The notes: generated from the sequence alone by a model not told the origin. Counted from the first letter of the stretch, positions 48,935 through 59,050 are shown. The stretch is 64,000 nt of DNA from Candidatus Marinacidobacterales bacterium (GCA_965226495.1 OZ245365.1:3008001-3072000); one strand, 5' to 3'. Program-made: numbers and translations.

Positions 48935-48958
48935 GAAAATCTTCAAAGGAGGGCGGAC

Positions 48959-50203
48959 GTGCTCGGTTCCAGGCGACAGTTTCTAAAGACGGGATTCTTG
49001 GGCCTCGCGGGTCTCGGAGCGGCTACCCGTTCCTTCGGCCAGAGCGGCGCTGCACCTCATGTCCTCGTTGTCGGTGCCGGCGCTTTCGGGGGATGGACGG
49101 CACTCTATCTGCTTCGCCAAGGCGCGCGGGTCACCCTCGTCGACCCTTGGGGACCAGGCAACTCCAGATCGAGCTCGGGCGGCGAGACGCGTAACATAAC
49201 GGGTGACTACGGGTCGCCTGAGGTCTTTCGGAATTGGGCCTTGAGGGCCATGCCTCTCTGGCTGGAGCATCAAAAGCTTTGGGACCTTCCGCTCTATCGA
49301 CCGACGGGCGCCCTCTGGATGGTTCGCGGCAGCCTTGGAGCCGGGGACTCGGCGACGGACCGCACGGCGGACTACACAAAATGGGTCGACGAAGACGTCG
49401 GGGGTGGTGAGAAATTGACCCCAGACGAAGCGCAGGCGCGTTTTCCCCAAATTCATTTCGACGGGATCCGTACGACTTTCTATGAGAAAGAAGCGGGGTT
49501 CTTGCTCGCCCGTCGCGCGTGTCAAGCCGTACTCGATGGATTCTTGGCGGAAGGAGGAACTTATCGACAGGCCGCCGTGGTCTCTACCCAGATCAAAGAC
49601 GGGGAAATGCGGGGAGTCACGCTCAACGATGGCTCACAGATCGAAGCCGGGCGCTACGTCTTTGCCTGCGGCCCATGGCTGGGAAAGCTCTTCCCGGACG
49701 TGGTCGGGCCACACCTGACGGTCACGCGACAAGAGGTCTATTACCTCGAGGCCCCTGAGGGGGACGAACGCTTCCGAGAAGGTCACTTGCCGCACTGGGT
49801 CGACTGGGGGGAGGCTATTTGGTGGGGCTTGCCTGCCCACCAGCAGTGGGGATTCACGGTCGCGGACCATAGGCTGGGACCCCGTTTCGATCCGACTTCC
49901 GGTGACCGGCAGCTCACCATGCCTGCCATGGAAGCCGCCCGTAAGCACGTGGGGTTCCGTTTCCCGGGAATGAAGGGGGCCCCCTACATCGGTGGGCGCG
50001 TTTGCCAGTATACGAGTACACCGGACGGCGACTACATTATCGATCGCCATCCGGAAGCGGAGAACGCTTGGATCACCGGCGGGGGTTCTGGTACCGGCTT
50101 TCACGCCGGACCGTCTCGCGGTCAAGACGTGGCCAAGTGGGTCCTTGGGCAAGGCTCGCCGGATTCTCGGTTTTCTCTGTCTCGATTTTCGGAACAATCG
50201 TGA
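48959..50203 (+). CDS. Tat-exported FAD-dependent oxidoreductase (monomeric sarcosine oxidase-like)
   Basis: SRRQFLK Tat motif; VVGAGAFGG, SSSGGETR, CQYTSTPD and GGGSGTGF. Confidence 0.88.
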   Translation: MLGSRRQFLKTGFLGLAGLGAATRSFGQSGAAPHVLVVGAGAFGGWTALYLLRQGARVTLVDPWGPGNSRSSSGGETRNITGDYGSPEVFRNWALRAMPLWLEHQKLWDLPLYRPTGALWMVRGSLGAGDSATDRTADYTKWVDEDVGGGEKLTPDEAQARFPQIHFDGIRTTFYEKEAGFLLARRACQAVLDGFLAEGGTYRQAAVVSTQIKDGEMRGVTLNDGSQIEAGRYVFACGPWLGKLFPDVVGPHLTVTRQEVYYLEAPEGDERFREGHLPHWVDWGEAIWWGLPAHQQWGFTVADHRLGPRFDPTSGDRQLTMPAMEAARKHVGFRFPGMKGAPYIGGRVCQYTSTPDGDYIIDRHPEAENAWITGGGSGTGFHAGPSRGQDVAKWVLGQGSPDSRFSLSRFSEQS

Positions 50204-50247
50204 CCCGCTAGCGGCGCACCATCCCCTGTTGCCGCCGCGGCCACTGA

Positions 50248-51201
50248 TCAGACGCCGTCGTTGACGGGAATGACCATCGCGTCTTCTCCGATGACGATCG
50301 GTCCTTCAAAATTCTCTTTGGCCTCACCTAGGATCTGCGACCAAATTTGTGGGCCCCGACGCGGGCCGTAGTACATAGATGCCATTTCGATGGCCGCGGG
50401 TGGGCTATCGTACGGCCCGAGGTGGGTCAGAACGAGTTTCTTTGCGGCGGATCGTTTCGCGATCCATCCGGCGCCGCGGGGCCCAGTGTGTCCAGTCCAG
50501 GCGACCTTCTCCGCCCCCTTTTGCCCATCCGTGTTTTGTCGATAGTCCAGGATGTCCTCCAGGAAGGTGCACTCGTGAACCAGTACATCGACATCCTTGG
50601 ACAATTCGACCATGGCATCGCAAGGCTCGGTATCCCCGCTAAAAGCCGCCGAGCCGTACTCACTGTCGATTCTGTACGCGTAGGAAGACCGTTCGAATCC
50701 AAGCGGCTGGAGGTGAACAATCTCGCGCGAGGTCACCTTGAACTTGTCCGTCTCCACGATGATTCCCTCGTGGATCTCTTTGACTTCAATCGGCGGCTCG
50801 AGGGACGGGCGATTGGTAATGTGATCGGGCAACTGGGCGATGTAGCGCTTCACGAACTCGACATCGATGTGGTGCGCCTCCAACATCCCGTCGGACATGC
50901 GTTTCGTCCCCACCGGCCCGAAGACTTTGATCGGGGTCGACTTGCCGCAGTTCCAAGTGCTAAATAAAAGATAGTTGTAGTCGACCATATGGTCCCAGTG
51001 CAGGTGGGTAATGAACAAGTAACCGACGTCGAGCGGATTGATGCCTGCACGGACGAGGTTGACGGTGGCGCGTTCGCCGCAGTCGACAACGATGACTTCG
51101 CCGTCGATCACAACCGCCTGCGACGGATTGCCCCGTACTGGATCTGGAACGGCAGAGCCCGCTCCCAACAAGACGACGCTCATTCCCTTCCAGTCGTTCA
51201 T
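50248..51201 (-). CDS. MBL-fold metallo-hydrolase (paralog of 18034-18930)
   Basis: THLHWDH; shared AVPDPxRGNPSQAV and AIEMASMYYGxRR segments. Confidence 0.88.
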   Translation of the reverse strand: MNDWKGMSVVLLGAGSAVPDPVRGNPSQAVVIDGEVIVVDCGERATVNLVRAGINPLDVGYLFITHLHWDHMVDYNYLLFSTWNCGKSTPIKVFGPVGTKRMSDGMLEAHHIDVEFVKRYIAQLPDHITNRPSLEPPIEVKEIHEGIIVETDKFKVTSREIVHLQPLGFERSSYAYRIDSEYGSAAFSGDTEPCDAMVELSKDVDVLVHECTFLEDILDYRQNTDGQKGAEKVAWTGHTGPRGAGWIAKRSAAKKLVLTHLGPYDSPPAAIEMASMYYGPRRGPQIWSQILGEAKENFEGPIVIGEDAMVIPVNDGV

Positions 51202-51247
51202 ATCGTTGTCCTCGCTCTTGTCTTGACGTTCATGTCGATTTGCTCCC

Positions 51248-52702
51248 TTAATTCGCCGTTAGAACTTTCTTGATCGGAAGTCTGTCCCGATCAACCACTT
51301 TTCCGTCTTTGAGAATCATATCGATTTTCCTGAAATTGTTGACGTCCTGCAGAGGGTCGGCATCCAGAATCACGAGGTCAGCCAGTTTGCCAACTTCCAA
51401 CGTCCCTATCTGGTCGAGCTTGTCATAGGCGGCGGCGACGTTGCGGGTGGCCGAAACTAACGCATCCATTGGGGACATTCCCTTCTGAGTCATTGCCTTG
51501 AACCAAAGGAAGTGGGCCTCGCCCAATTCTTCCGGGTGCTCTTCTCCAAAATCGGACGGGCCGGATTCCGCCTCCGTCTTGGTGGGGTTTGAAACCCCCG
51601 CGTCGGTAGCCAGCGCGAAGGCCACACCGGCCCGAATGTACCGAATGATGTTCTCATTCTGAACTCGTGTGTGCTCCCGCGCACGATATAGAAGGTCAGG
51701 GTTGGCCAGCGCGAACTCCAGCCGTTTGTCGGTGTGCGGAAGTTCAGCGGCGTAGATATTCTTGTCGAGAATCATTCGAATGGTCGACTCGGGGATCGGC
51801 GTGGGACCCGTCTCGCTGCCATGTTGCAACAGGTCGACCCCTAAGTACGCCGCTTCCCGGAGGCTCTCCACCGACGTCGTGTGCGTTTGGACCGTGATAC
51901 CTGCCCTTCGGCACTCTGCGACGATCTGCTTTTGTGCTTCAAGACTGAACAACAGCATGGCGTTCATACCCAACGATTTGGGCAACCCGGAACACCCGGT
52001 GCAATCGTGGCCGCCCACGCCGTATTTGAGAAAATCGATCCCACGGGCGATGTATTTCCGGATCTCCGCGCCGACTTGCTCCGGTGTCATCCAAAGGAGC
52101 TCCGGTCCGGCGTTCTCGGTGAACATCCAGTTGATCCGTTTCACGAAATCCGAGGGGGCGGTCCAGGTGGCGGCGGCGTTGAAATCGCGACCGAAGGGGC
52201 CGCTAAAACCGACGATGTTCCCAGCTACGAACATCCGGCTTCCCACCGTTTCGCCGCGGTTGATGCGATCCCGAACATCCATGAGCGATTGCAAGGGTCC
52301 CCAGGTGTCGAAGACGGTCGTCAATCCCTGTTTGAGTGCAATCTGCGCTGCTTCCTCGATCAAATCATCGAAACGACCCTCGTGGCGAGCAATGAACTCC
52401 ACCGAAACGTCCCGAAACAAGTGGACGTTGGCATCCATCAGGCCCGGAATCACGTACTTTCCCTGGGCATCTATCCGTTGGGCTCCGGCCGGTACCTGAA
52501 CTTCCCCGCGGGGACCCACGGCGGTGATAGTTCGGCCTTCGATGACAATGACCGCGTCTTCGACCGGAGGACCCCCGTTTCCATCCATCAGGGTCGCTCC
52601 CACGATCGCGGTCTGTCCGTGACCCGTTGCCACCGATGCGAGCAGGCAGGCCAGCAACGCCGGACAGAGGCAGATGAAATTCTTCCTTGTCATGATGTTC
52701 AT
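51248..52702 (-). CDS. Secreted amidohydrolase family protein (NxH variant)
   Basis: Signal peptide; PGLMDANVHL, HDCTGC, ATDAG and GKLAD. Confidence 0.9.
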   Translation of the reverse strand: MNIMTRKNFICLCPALLACLLASVATGHGQTAIVGATLMDGNGGPPVEDAVIVIEGRTITAVGPRGEVQVPAGAQRIDAQGKYVIPGLMDANVHLFRDVSVEFIARHEGRFDDLIEEAAQIALKQGLTTVFDTWGPLQSLMDVRDRINRGETVGSRMFVAGNIVGFSGPFGRDFNAAATWTAPSDFVKRINWMFTENAGPELLWMTPEQVGAEIRKYIARGIDFLKYGVGGHDCTGCSGLPKSLGMNAMLLFSLEAQKQIVAECRRAGITVQTHTTSVESLREAAYLGVDLLQHGSETGPTPIPESTIRMILDKNIYAAELPHTDKRLEFALANPDLLYRAREHTRVQNENIIRYIRAGVAFALATDAGVSNPTKTEAESGPSDFGEEHPEELGEAHFLWFKAMTQKGMSPMDALVSATRNVAAAYDKLDQIGTLEVGKLADLVILDADPLQDVNNFRKIDMILKDGKVVDRDRLPIKKVLTAN

Positions 52703-52716
52703 GTCGGCGGCCACTC

Positions 52717-53214
52717 CTATGAGCTCGGCTTGGTGTACTCGCCCACGCAGTCCCAAATGATCGGGCTATCGGGACTGAACTCGCCCTTACAGGAACCCTT
52801 CCCTTTGATGCCCTTCAACTTGCCGGTGCCGCGAAAGATGGTCCACTCGTTCTTTCCGCTCACCGGCTGCCCATCCTTTAGCATCATCTTGCCTGTGTAG
52901 CGGTAGTGGGCTTGGTCCCCGTTGGCCATGGTGTCGATATGATAGCCGCTAAACGTGGACTCGTTGCCAATGGTCTCATCGGCGCTCACGCTGTAGCCCT
53001 TGGTGTTCTCGACCCCGTCGATCACCATCGGTTTGACCCAGGTGCACTGCGACTTGCTGATCGAATAGGAATGATTGGGCACGTCGCCGATCTCGATCGC
53101 GTGCTCGGGCTCACCGGGGGAACAGCGTATCGTTCCTGACATCTTAGTTTGCGCACCAGCCAATGTTGCAAGCGAGACTGCAACGAGAGCGGCGAATACG
53201 GTTTTGAACTTCAT
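52717..53214 (-). CDS. Small secreted hypothetical beta-rich protein
   Basis: Strong SD, signal peptide, four Cys, GTGKLKGIKGKG motif. Confidence 0.75.
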   Translation of the reverse strand: MKFKTVFAALVAVSLATLAGAQTKMSGTIRCSPGEPEHAIEIGDVPNHSYSISKSQCTWVKPMVIDGVENTKGYSVSADETIGNESTFSGYHIDTMANGDQAHYRYTGKMMLKDGQPVSGKNEWTIFRGTGKLKGIKGKGSCKGEFSPDSPIIWDCVGEYTKPSS

Positions 53215-53256
53215 CAGAACCTCCTCCTTGGACGGTAGGTCGGCGAGAAATGTGAC

Positions 53257-54294
53257 TCAGGAATCGGCAAATTGCGGTATGACCTTCTCCCCAAAGAGCC
53301 GGAGGCTGGACATTGCCTGCTCCATACTCGGGCCGGTTCCGTAGCGACTGCGGAAGATCACGTAGTCGACGCCAATTTCTTCTTTGAGGCGCTCAATCTG
53401 ATCGGTGACCTCTTCGGGTGTCCCCAGTAGGAGGTTCGGCCGGACATCTTCGAGCTTGAAGTCTTCCTCCTTCTTCAGCCGCTCCGCCATCCCGAACCAT
53501 TCATCCTCTCGGCCCGGAAAACTGGAGAAATAGAACCAAAGTTCCTCCCTCCCGTACTTCCAGAAGGTCTCCTCGACTTCCTTCGCCTTGGCTCGGTTCG
53601 GTGAGACGAAACCGTCACGCCAGAGAATCACCTCTGGCCGATTCCCTCTTTGCTTCGCCAGGTCGCGATAAATCTGCGTCCACTCCTTTGCAACATCAAC
53701 AGGAAGATAGGCCGACAAAAAGACCGGCAACCCCAGCCTGGCCGCCCGACGGAACCCGAAGGGAGTTCCTGCGCCTAGCCAGATGGGGGGATGAGGTTTC
53801 TGGATGGGCTTCGGCGTCACCCGTTCGTTCTGGAAGCTGTAGTTTCTCCCGTAGAAGGAGAACACGTCCTCGGTCCAGGCTCTCTGTAAGATCTCGATAC
53901 CTTCCTCGAAGATCGACACCTGGTTCTTGATCTTCAGCCCATGGCGGATGAATTCCCGTTCCGCGTTGGAGATTCCTAGACCCAGGATAAGACGCCCGTT
54001 GGACAAGACGTCCAGCATGGCGCCGTCCTCAGCTACATGGAGAGGATGGTAGAACGGGAGCAGAAACACTCCCGTGCCGACTTTGAGCCTCGTGGTTTGA
54101 CCGGCGATGAACGCGCAGGTGATCAACGGCGAGGGGTTGTAGCCGTCGATGATGCCGTGGTGCTCGGCGGTGAAGCAGGAATCGAAACCGACTTCTTCGC
54201 AGAGCTTGGCCATCTCGAGATTCTCCAGCCACATTTGGCGAACGTTCTCGCCTCGCGGCGGGTCCCGAAACCGGAGAACAAAACCGAATTTCAT
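53257..54294 (-). CDS. LLM-class flavin-dependent oxidoreductase
   Basis: AEHH, PSPL, HPLHVAED, SNGRLILGLG, PKPIQKPHPPIW and FGEKVIP. Confidence 0.92.
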   Translation of the reverse strand: MKFGFVLRFRDPPRGENVRQMWLENLEMAKLCEEVGFDSCFTAEHHGIIDGYNPSPLITCAFIAGQTTRLKVGTGVFLLPFYHPLHVAEDGAMLDVLSNGRLILGLGISNAEREFIRHGLKIKNQVSIFEEGIEILQRAWTEDVFSFYGRNYSFQNERVTPKPIQKPHPPIWLGAGTPFGFRRAARLGLPVFLSAYLPVDVAKEWTQIYRDLAKQRGNRPEVILWRDGFVSPNRAKAKEVEETFWKYGREELWFYFSSFPGREDEWFGMAERLKKEEDFKLEDVRPNLLLGTPEEVTDQIERLKEEIGVDYVIFRSRYGTGPSMEQAMSSLRLFGEKVIPQFADS

Positions 54295-54315
54295 TGCCTG
54301 AGCATCGGGAGTAGT

Positions 54316-55770
54316 CTAGCGGCGAGCGGTCAACACTTTCTTGATGGGCAGGGCATCGCGGTCCACGACCTGTCCGTCCTTCATGATGACGTTGATCTTT
54401 CTGATGTTATCGGTGTCCTCGAGGGGGTCGGCATCCAGGATAAGCAGATCGGCCAGCTTGCCTGCCTCCAAGGTCCCGAATTCATCCAACACGTCGTAGG
54501 CCGCCGCATTGTTTCGCGTCGCGGCAACGATGGCGTCCATCGGTGTCATACCTTTTTCGGCCATCGCCTTGAACCAAACGAAATGGGCTTCCCCCAGCCC
54601 CTCCGGATGATCCTCTTTGAGCTCCTCTTTGCCCGATTCCACCTCGGTCTTGATGGGGTTCGACACCCCTGCGTCGGTGGCGAGCAATAGCGGCACGCCG
54701 GACTGAATGAGTCTTACGATGTTCTCGTCTTTGATGGAAACGAATTTCTTGGGCCTCTGGAGTATCTCGCTTTCCTCGATTTCCCTCTCCATACGCTTCC
54801 GAGTCCGCGGCTGCACGGCGCAGTAGGTCTTCTTCTCGAGCATCAACTGAATGGTGGAATCCGGAATCGCCGTGGGCCCGGTGTAATTCCCGTGTTGAAG
54901 CAGGTCGACACCGAGCTCGACGCCCTGCCGTAGGGCCTCGACCGAGCTGGTATGGGTCTGGACCGAAATCCCAGCCCGCCGACACTCGTCGATCATCGCC
55001 TGCTGCTGTTCCGGAGTGAACATGAGTAAGGCGCTCAGCTCCAACGCTTTGGGGAACCCGGAGCACCCCCAGCAATCGTGGGCGCTCACGGCGTACTTCA
55101 GAAAATCGATTCCCCGCGCGATGTATTTCCGAGTCTCCGCGCCAACCTGCTCCGGTGTCATCCAAGAGAGCTGCGGACCCATGTTCTCGGTGAACATCCA
55201 ATTGATCCGCTTCGCGAAATCCGAGGCGACGCTCCAGCTTGCAACCGCGTTGAACTCGCGGCCGAAGGGACCACTGAAACCAACGATGTTGCCGGCTACG
55301 AACACTCGACTGCCCACCGTTTCGCCCCGGTTGATGCGGTCACGAACGTTCATCAATTGTTGTAACGGACCCCACGTATCGAAGACCGTTGTCACCCCCC
55401 CTTTCAAGGCGACCTGCGCAGCCTCCTCGATGAGGTCCTCGAAGCGGCCTTCGTAGCGGGCAATGAACTCCACCGAAACGTCGCGAAACAAGTGAACGTT
55501 GGCATCCATAAGCCCCGGGATGACGTACTTCCCGCTCCCATCGATCTCGCGCGCGTCCGCCGGAACCTGGACCTCGCTCCGAGGCCCCACCGCCTTGATT
55601 TTCGTTCCCTCAATGACGATGACCGAGTCCGGTACCGGTTTTCCACCCGTTCCGTCGATCAGAGTGGCGCCCACGATGACCGTCGATTCCTGGGCGTAAA
55701 GGGTAACGGAGGCAACTAGTATGAACAGCCCGCATATCGCTGCCGCCCGCCACTGTTCGCGTCTTTTCAT
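54316..55770 (-). CDS. Secreted amidohydrolase family protein (NxH variant, close paralog of 51248-52702)
   Basis: Signal peptide; PGLMDANVHL, HDCWGC and ATDAG. Confidence 0.9.
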   Translation of the reverse strand: MKRREQWRAAAICGLFILVASVTLYAQESTVIVGATLIDGTGGKPVPDSVIVIEGTKIKAVGPRSEVQVPADAREIDGSGKYVIPGLMDANVHLFRDVSVEFIARYEGRFEDLIEEAAQVALKGGVTTVFDTWGPLQQLMNVRDRINRGETVGSRVFVAGNIVGFSGPFGREFNAVASWSVASDFAKRINWMFTENMGPQLSWMTPEQVGAETRKYIARGIDFLKYAVSAHDCWGCSGFPKALELSALLMFTPEQQQAMIDECRRAGISVQTHTSSVEALRQGVELGVDLLQHGNYTGPTAIPDSTIQLMLEKKTYCAVQPRTRKRMEREIEESEILQRPKKFVSIKDENIVRLIQSGVPLLLATDAGVSNPIKTEVESGKEELKEDHPEGLGEAHFVWFKAMAEKGMTPMDAIVAATRNNAAAYDVLDEFGTLEAGKLADLLILDADPLEDTDNIRKINVIMKDGQVVDRDALPIKKVLTARR

Positions 55771-55843
55771 GCCATGCCCTCCGTCCCCGCGTAGAGACAC
55801 AAATCCCCTGACAGATGCCCCGTGACTCAAACCTTAACTATCT

Positions 55844-58800
55844 TTAGAAATTGAATCGAAATCCGATTTGGATCTCCCGACCCGGTAACGGCTCAACGGT
55901 AGCGCCGGTGCCGAACGCCGAACCGCAGCCGCCGGCGTCTGGTAGCCCATCACCGGTCGAATCACCACACGCGGTCGAGAACCGGAACGGATTGGCCCGG
56001 TTGGTGACGTTGAATACCTCAAAGAGCACAACGAAATCTTGGCCATCGGAAAAACGGAACTCCTTAGCCACCCGGAGGTCGATGTTGAACAAGCTGTCGG
56101 AAAGGAACCCACCCTTTTCGGTGCCCAGCAGACGATTGTCGAACTGAGTATCCCCATCCGAATCCAGAGGTAAGCCGGCGGCGTTGAACGGCCGTCCCGA
56201 TTGCGCGTTCACGACGCCAGAGAGATCGAACCCATAAGGCAATCTCCACAATCCGCTGAACACGAACACGTTTTTCGGCGCGCTCAAACTTCTTCCGATA
56301 TCGAGCTCGGGTTGATTGTTGAACAGGAAGCTCGTTTCGGACGACGCCGGTGGCACACGCAAGGTCGAAAAGTTGTCCTCGGCGTCGGTGTACGTGTAGC
56401 TGGCAAGAAACGAATACCGGCTGCTGAAGCGCTTACGTAGGGCAACGGTGACGGCGTTGGTGTCGAGAAACCCACGGGGCTCGATGACGTGCAGACAGCT
56501 CCCCCCGTCTACGGTATTGCCGTCGCAAGTGTTGGATATGGGAACGTCTCTTAGATTGGTGACCCGCCGTGTAAGTAGATTCTTGGATCGGCGGATAAAC
56601 AGCTCCGCATCGACGGAGAGATCGCCACCAAGCGCCTGCTCGATCCCGACGTTGAAAGAATCCGTGTAGGGAGTGGTGTGAGGACGCTGGATGGACTGAA
56701 TTCCGTCGAAAGCCCTTGGAGACTCTATGAACGACAACGGTCGACCAGCATTGACGCTGGTCTCCCCGGTTTCACCCAAGAATATAAACGTACCCGTGGA
56801 AGGCGCACCGGGCAAGGCAGTCGGGCTATCCGGAACGGGAAAAAAGTCGTTCAGAATGTCGAGCGCCGCCTCCGGCGATAGCCGGCCCCCGGTGAGCTCA
56901 GGAATACTGCCATATTCCAATATGGGCGGATTCACGGGATCAGGCACCGGGATTCCCAGTAAGTCATAGACGATGAAGGGTTCTCCCTTACCGGTAATGG
57001 TGATACCGCCGGAGGTCCTGACGTCCCCCAAGGGAATGAGGTAGCTGTAGTAATCTGGGCTCGCCAACCATCGGATTCCGGAATCCTGCAAAATACCTAT
57101 CGCCCCGAGACCCGGATTGTTGATATGAGCGCCGCCTCGCGGGATGGTGTGCCAGCTTTCTGTGGCGAATTGCACTCCACCCAAGTCGGGCGTCCTCTCC
57201 ACGATCTCCATGATGAACTGGTTGTAGAACCGGCCCCAGGACGAACGGAAAACCGAGTTACCGTCTTTTCCGAGATCCCATGCGAACCCGATCCGTGGCC
57301 CGATGTTGTTCTTGTCGTCGGAGTATAGGCTCGCGTAGTCGTAGCGCAGACCTACGTTCACGGTAAGCCCTTCCGCGGCCTCCCAATTGTCCTGTACGAA
57401 CAACGCCCACTGATTATTCGTGGCCTGGGCATTTTTATTGTCACTCACGATGTCGTGCGTGAATCGGAGCATCGTGACATCGAGTCCCAGCGTTTCGTAG
57501 TTCACATCAATGATCGGATTGGCGATGATGGTTTGGGCGGCTGAGAGGAATGTGTGATCCAAGGAGACGCGGTTCAGATCAACTCCGAACTTGAGCGAGT
57601 GGTCTCCCTTAAAGTAGGACAGTCTTTCAATCCACTGAAACTGGTCCTGAGAGCGATCCACCTCGGCAATCGGGGACGCATTCGACATCCAAATCTGAAA
57701 CGTGGGAATAAAGGTGATGGGGAAGAGCTGCTCGGCTTCGGCCGGTTTCTCCTTGTTCTCTTGGAACACGAGGTTCGCCCAGCGGAAGGACGATTCCAAG
57801 AAGGCGTTTTGGCTGAAAAAAGCGGTATACCTGGCATTCACACTCGTCTGGTCTTGCGTCAAATCCGAACCGATCGACGGCAGTACGAGGGTTCCCGGCG
57901 GCGGCGCAGCGAAACCACGATTCGGATCCGGCAGGAAGTTATTCTGGGTGCCGCGATTGATGTTCGCCGTGACAAACAGTACGTTCTTGTCATTGAATCG
58001 ATGATCGGCCTTTAGGAACGTGGTGTACCTGGTGTCCTTGGGTGCTCGGTCGAATGGCTCACGGCCGAAGGCCGGGGTGAAGTAACCACTTGTAATGATC
58101 GGTGGGAGAATGCTTTGATCGAAATTGATTCCCCGCTCCTCGCGAAACATTTGAAACGAGCCAAAGAAGAACGTCTTGTCCTTCGCAATCGGACCGCCGA
58201 CAAAACCACCGAACTCCTGTCGGCTTAGTTGCGGTGCCTCCTGTCCCTCGACGTTCGAGGAATCCAGCGCGTCATCGCGGAAAAAGGCCCACACCCTGCC
58301 TCCGAGGTCGTTGGTGCCGGAACGAGTGATCACGTTGGCCACCGCACCCGAGGCTCTGCCGAACTCGGCCTGATATCCACCGATCAAGACGTTGAACTCC
58401 TGGATCGTGTCTTGTATGTAGAACTCTGCGAAGTTGCGGGTATACGCATCGTTGTTGTCCAACCCGTCCGCGAGAAACGAGTTGGTGATGGAGCGCTCGC
58501 CGAAGAAGGTTACATTCGCACCCTGATCGGAGGCGGAGGGCCTGGTGGCGGCTCCGGGCACGAGCTTCACCAAATCCAGAAACTCGCGGCCGTTTAGAGG
58601 GATGTTGTCGATGGTCGCGGTATCGACTGCGACTTGGAGGTCGGACTGCGTTGGCCTCACCATCGGCAGCTCGGCAGTAACGGTCACTTCTTCCGTCACT
58701 CCGGCGACGCCCATGGTGATATTGATCGGCACCTCACGATCGAGAGCCACGTCGATGCCGGTGACTCTCTCGAGGGCAAAACCGTCGAGTTGTGCGGTCA

Positions 58801-59050
58801 GCTCATAGAGCCCCGCCTGAATGCCCGGAATTCGGTACCGTCCATCGTCGGCCGTCGCCACCGTAACCGTGCCTCGTAACAACGAAGGACTGGTGATGGA
58901 TATGGCAACTCCCGGTAGCACCGCACCCTGGCTATCCCGAACGACGCCGTGGATGGTGGACGTGATCTGCCCGTAGGCCGAGCCCACTGGCAGTGCCAAA
59001 AAACTGGCGAACAGACCAATCGCAATCAGTACCCTATGGATGCTCATCAT
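55844..59050 (-). CDS. TonB-dependent receptor, Oar-like (paralog of 40493-43738)
   Basis: Start MMSIHRV after GAGGAGG; AEFGRASGAV and QDNW; C-terminal RFNF. Confidence 0.93.
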   Translation of the reverse strand: MMSIHRVLIAIGLFASFLALPVGSAYGQITSTIHGVVRDSQGAVLPGVAISITSPSLLRGTVTVATADDGRYRIPGIQAGLYELTAQLDGFALERVTGIDVALDREVPINITMGVAGVTEEVTVTAELPMVRPTQSDLQVAVDTATIDNIPLNGREFLDLVKLVPGAATRPSASDQGANVTFFGERSITNSFLADGLDNNDAYTRNFAEFYIQDTIQEFNVLIGGYQAEFGRASGAVANVITRSGTNDLGGRVWAFFRDDALDSSNVEGQEAPQLSRQEFGGFVGGPIAKDKTFFFGSFQMFREERGINFDQSILPPIITSGYFTPAFGREPFDRAPKDTRYTTFLKADHRFNDKNVLFVTANINRGTQNNFLPDPNRGFAAPPPGTLVLPSIGSDLTQDQTSVNARYTAFFSQNAFLESSFRWANLVFQENKEKPAEAEQLFPITFIPTFQIWMSNASPIAEVDRSQDQFQWIERLSYFKGDHSLKFGVDLNRVSLDHTFLSAAQTIIANPIIDVNYETLGLDVTMLRFTHDIVSDNKNAQATNNQWALFVQDNWEAAEGLTVNVGLRYDYASLYSDDKNNIGPRIGFAWDLGKDGNSVFRSSWGRFYNQFIMEIVERTPDLGGVQFATESWHTIPRGGAHINNPGLGAIGILQDSGIRWLASPDYYSYLIPLGDVRTSGGITITGKGEPFIVYDLLGIPVPDPVNPPILEYGSIPELTGGRLSPEAALDILNDFFPVPDSPTALPGAPSTGTFIFLGETGETSVNAGRPLSFIESPRAFDGIQSIQRPHTTPYTDSFNVGIEQALGGDLSVDAELFIRRSKNLLTRRVTNLRDVPISNTCDGNTVDGGSCLHVIEPRGFLDTNAVTVALRKRFSSRYSFLASYTYTDAEDNFSTLRVPPASSETSFLFNNQPELDIGRSLSAPKNVFVFSGLWRLPYGFDLSGVVNAQSGRPFNAAGLPLDSDGDTQFDNRLLGTEKGGFLSDSLFNIDLRVAKEFRFSDGQDFVVLFEVFNVTNRANPFRFSTACGDSTGDGLPDAGGCGSAFGTGATVEPLPGREIQIGFRFNF

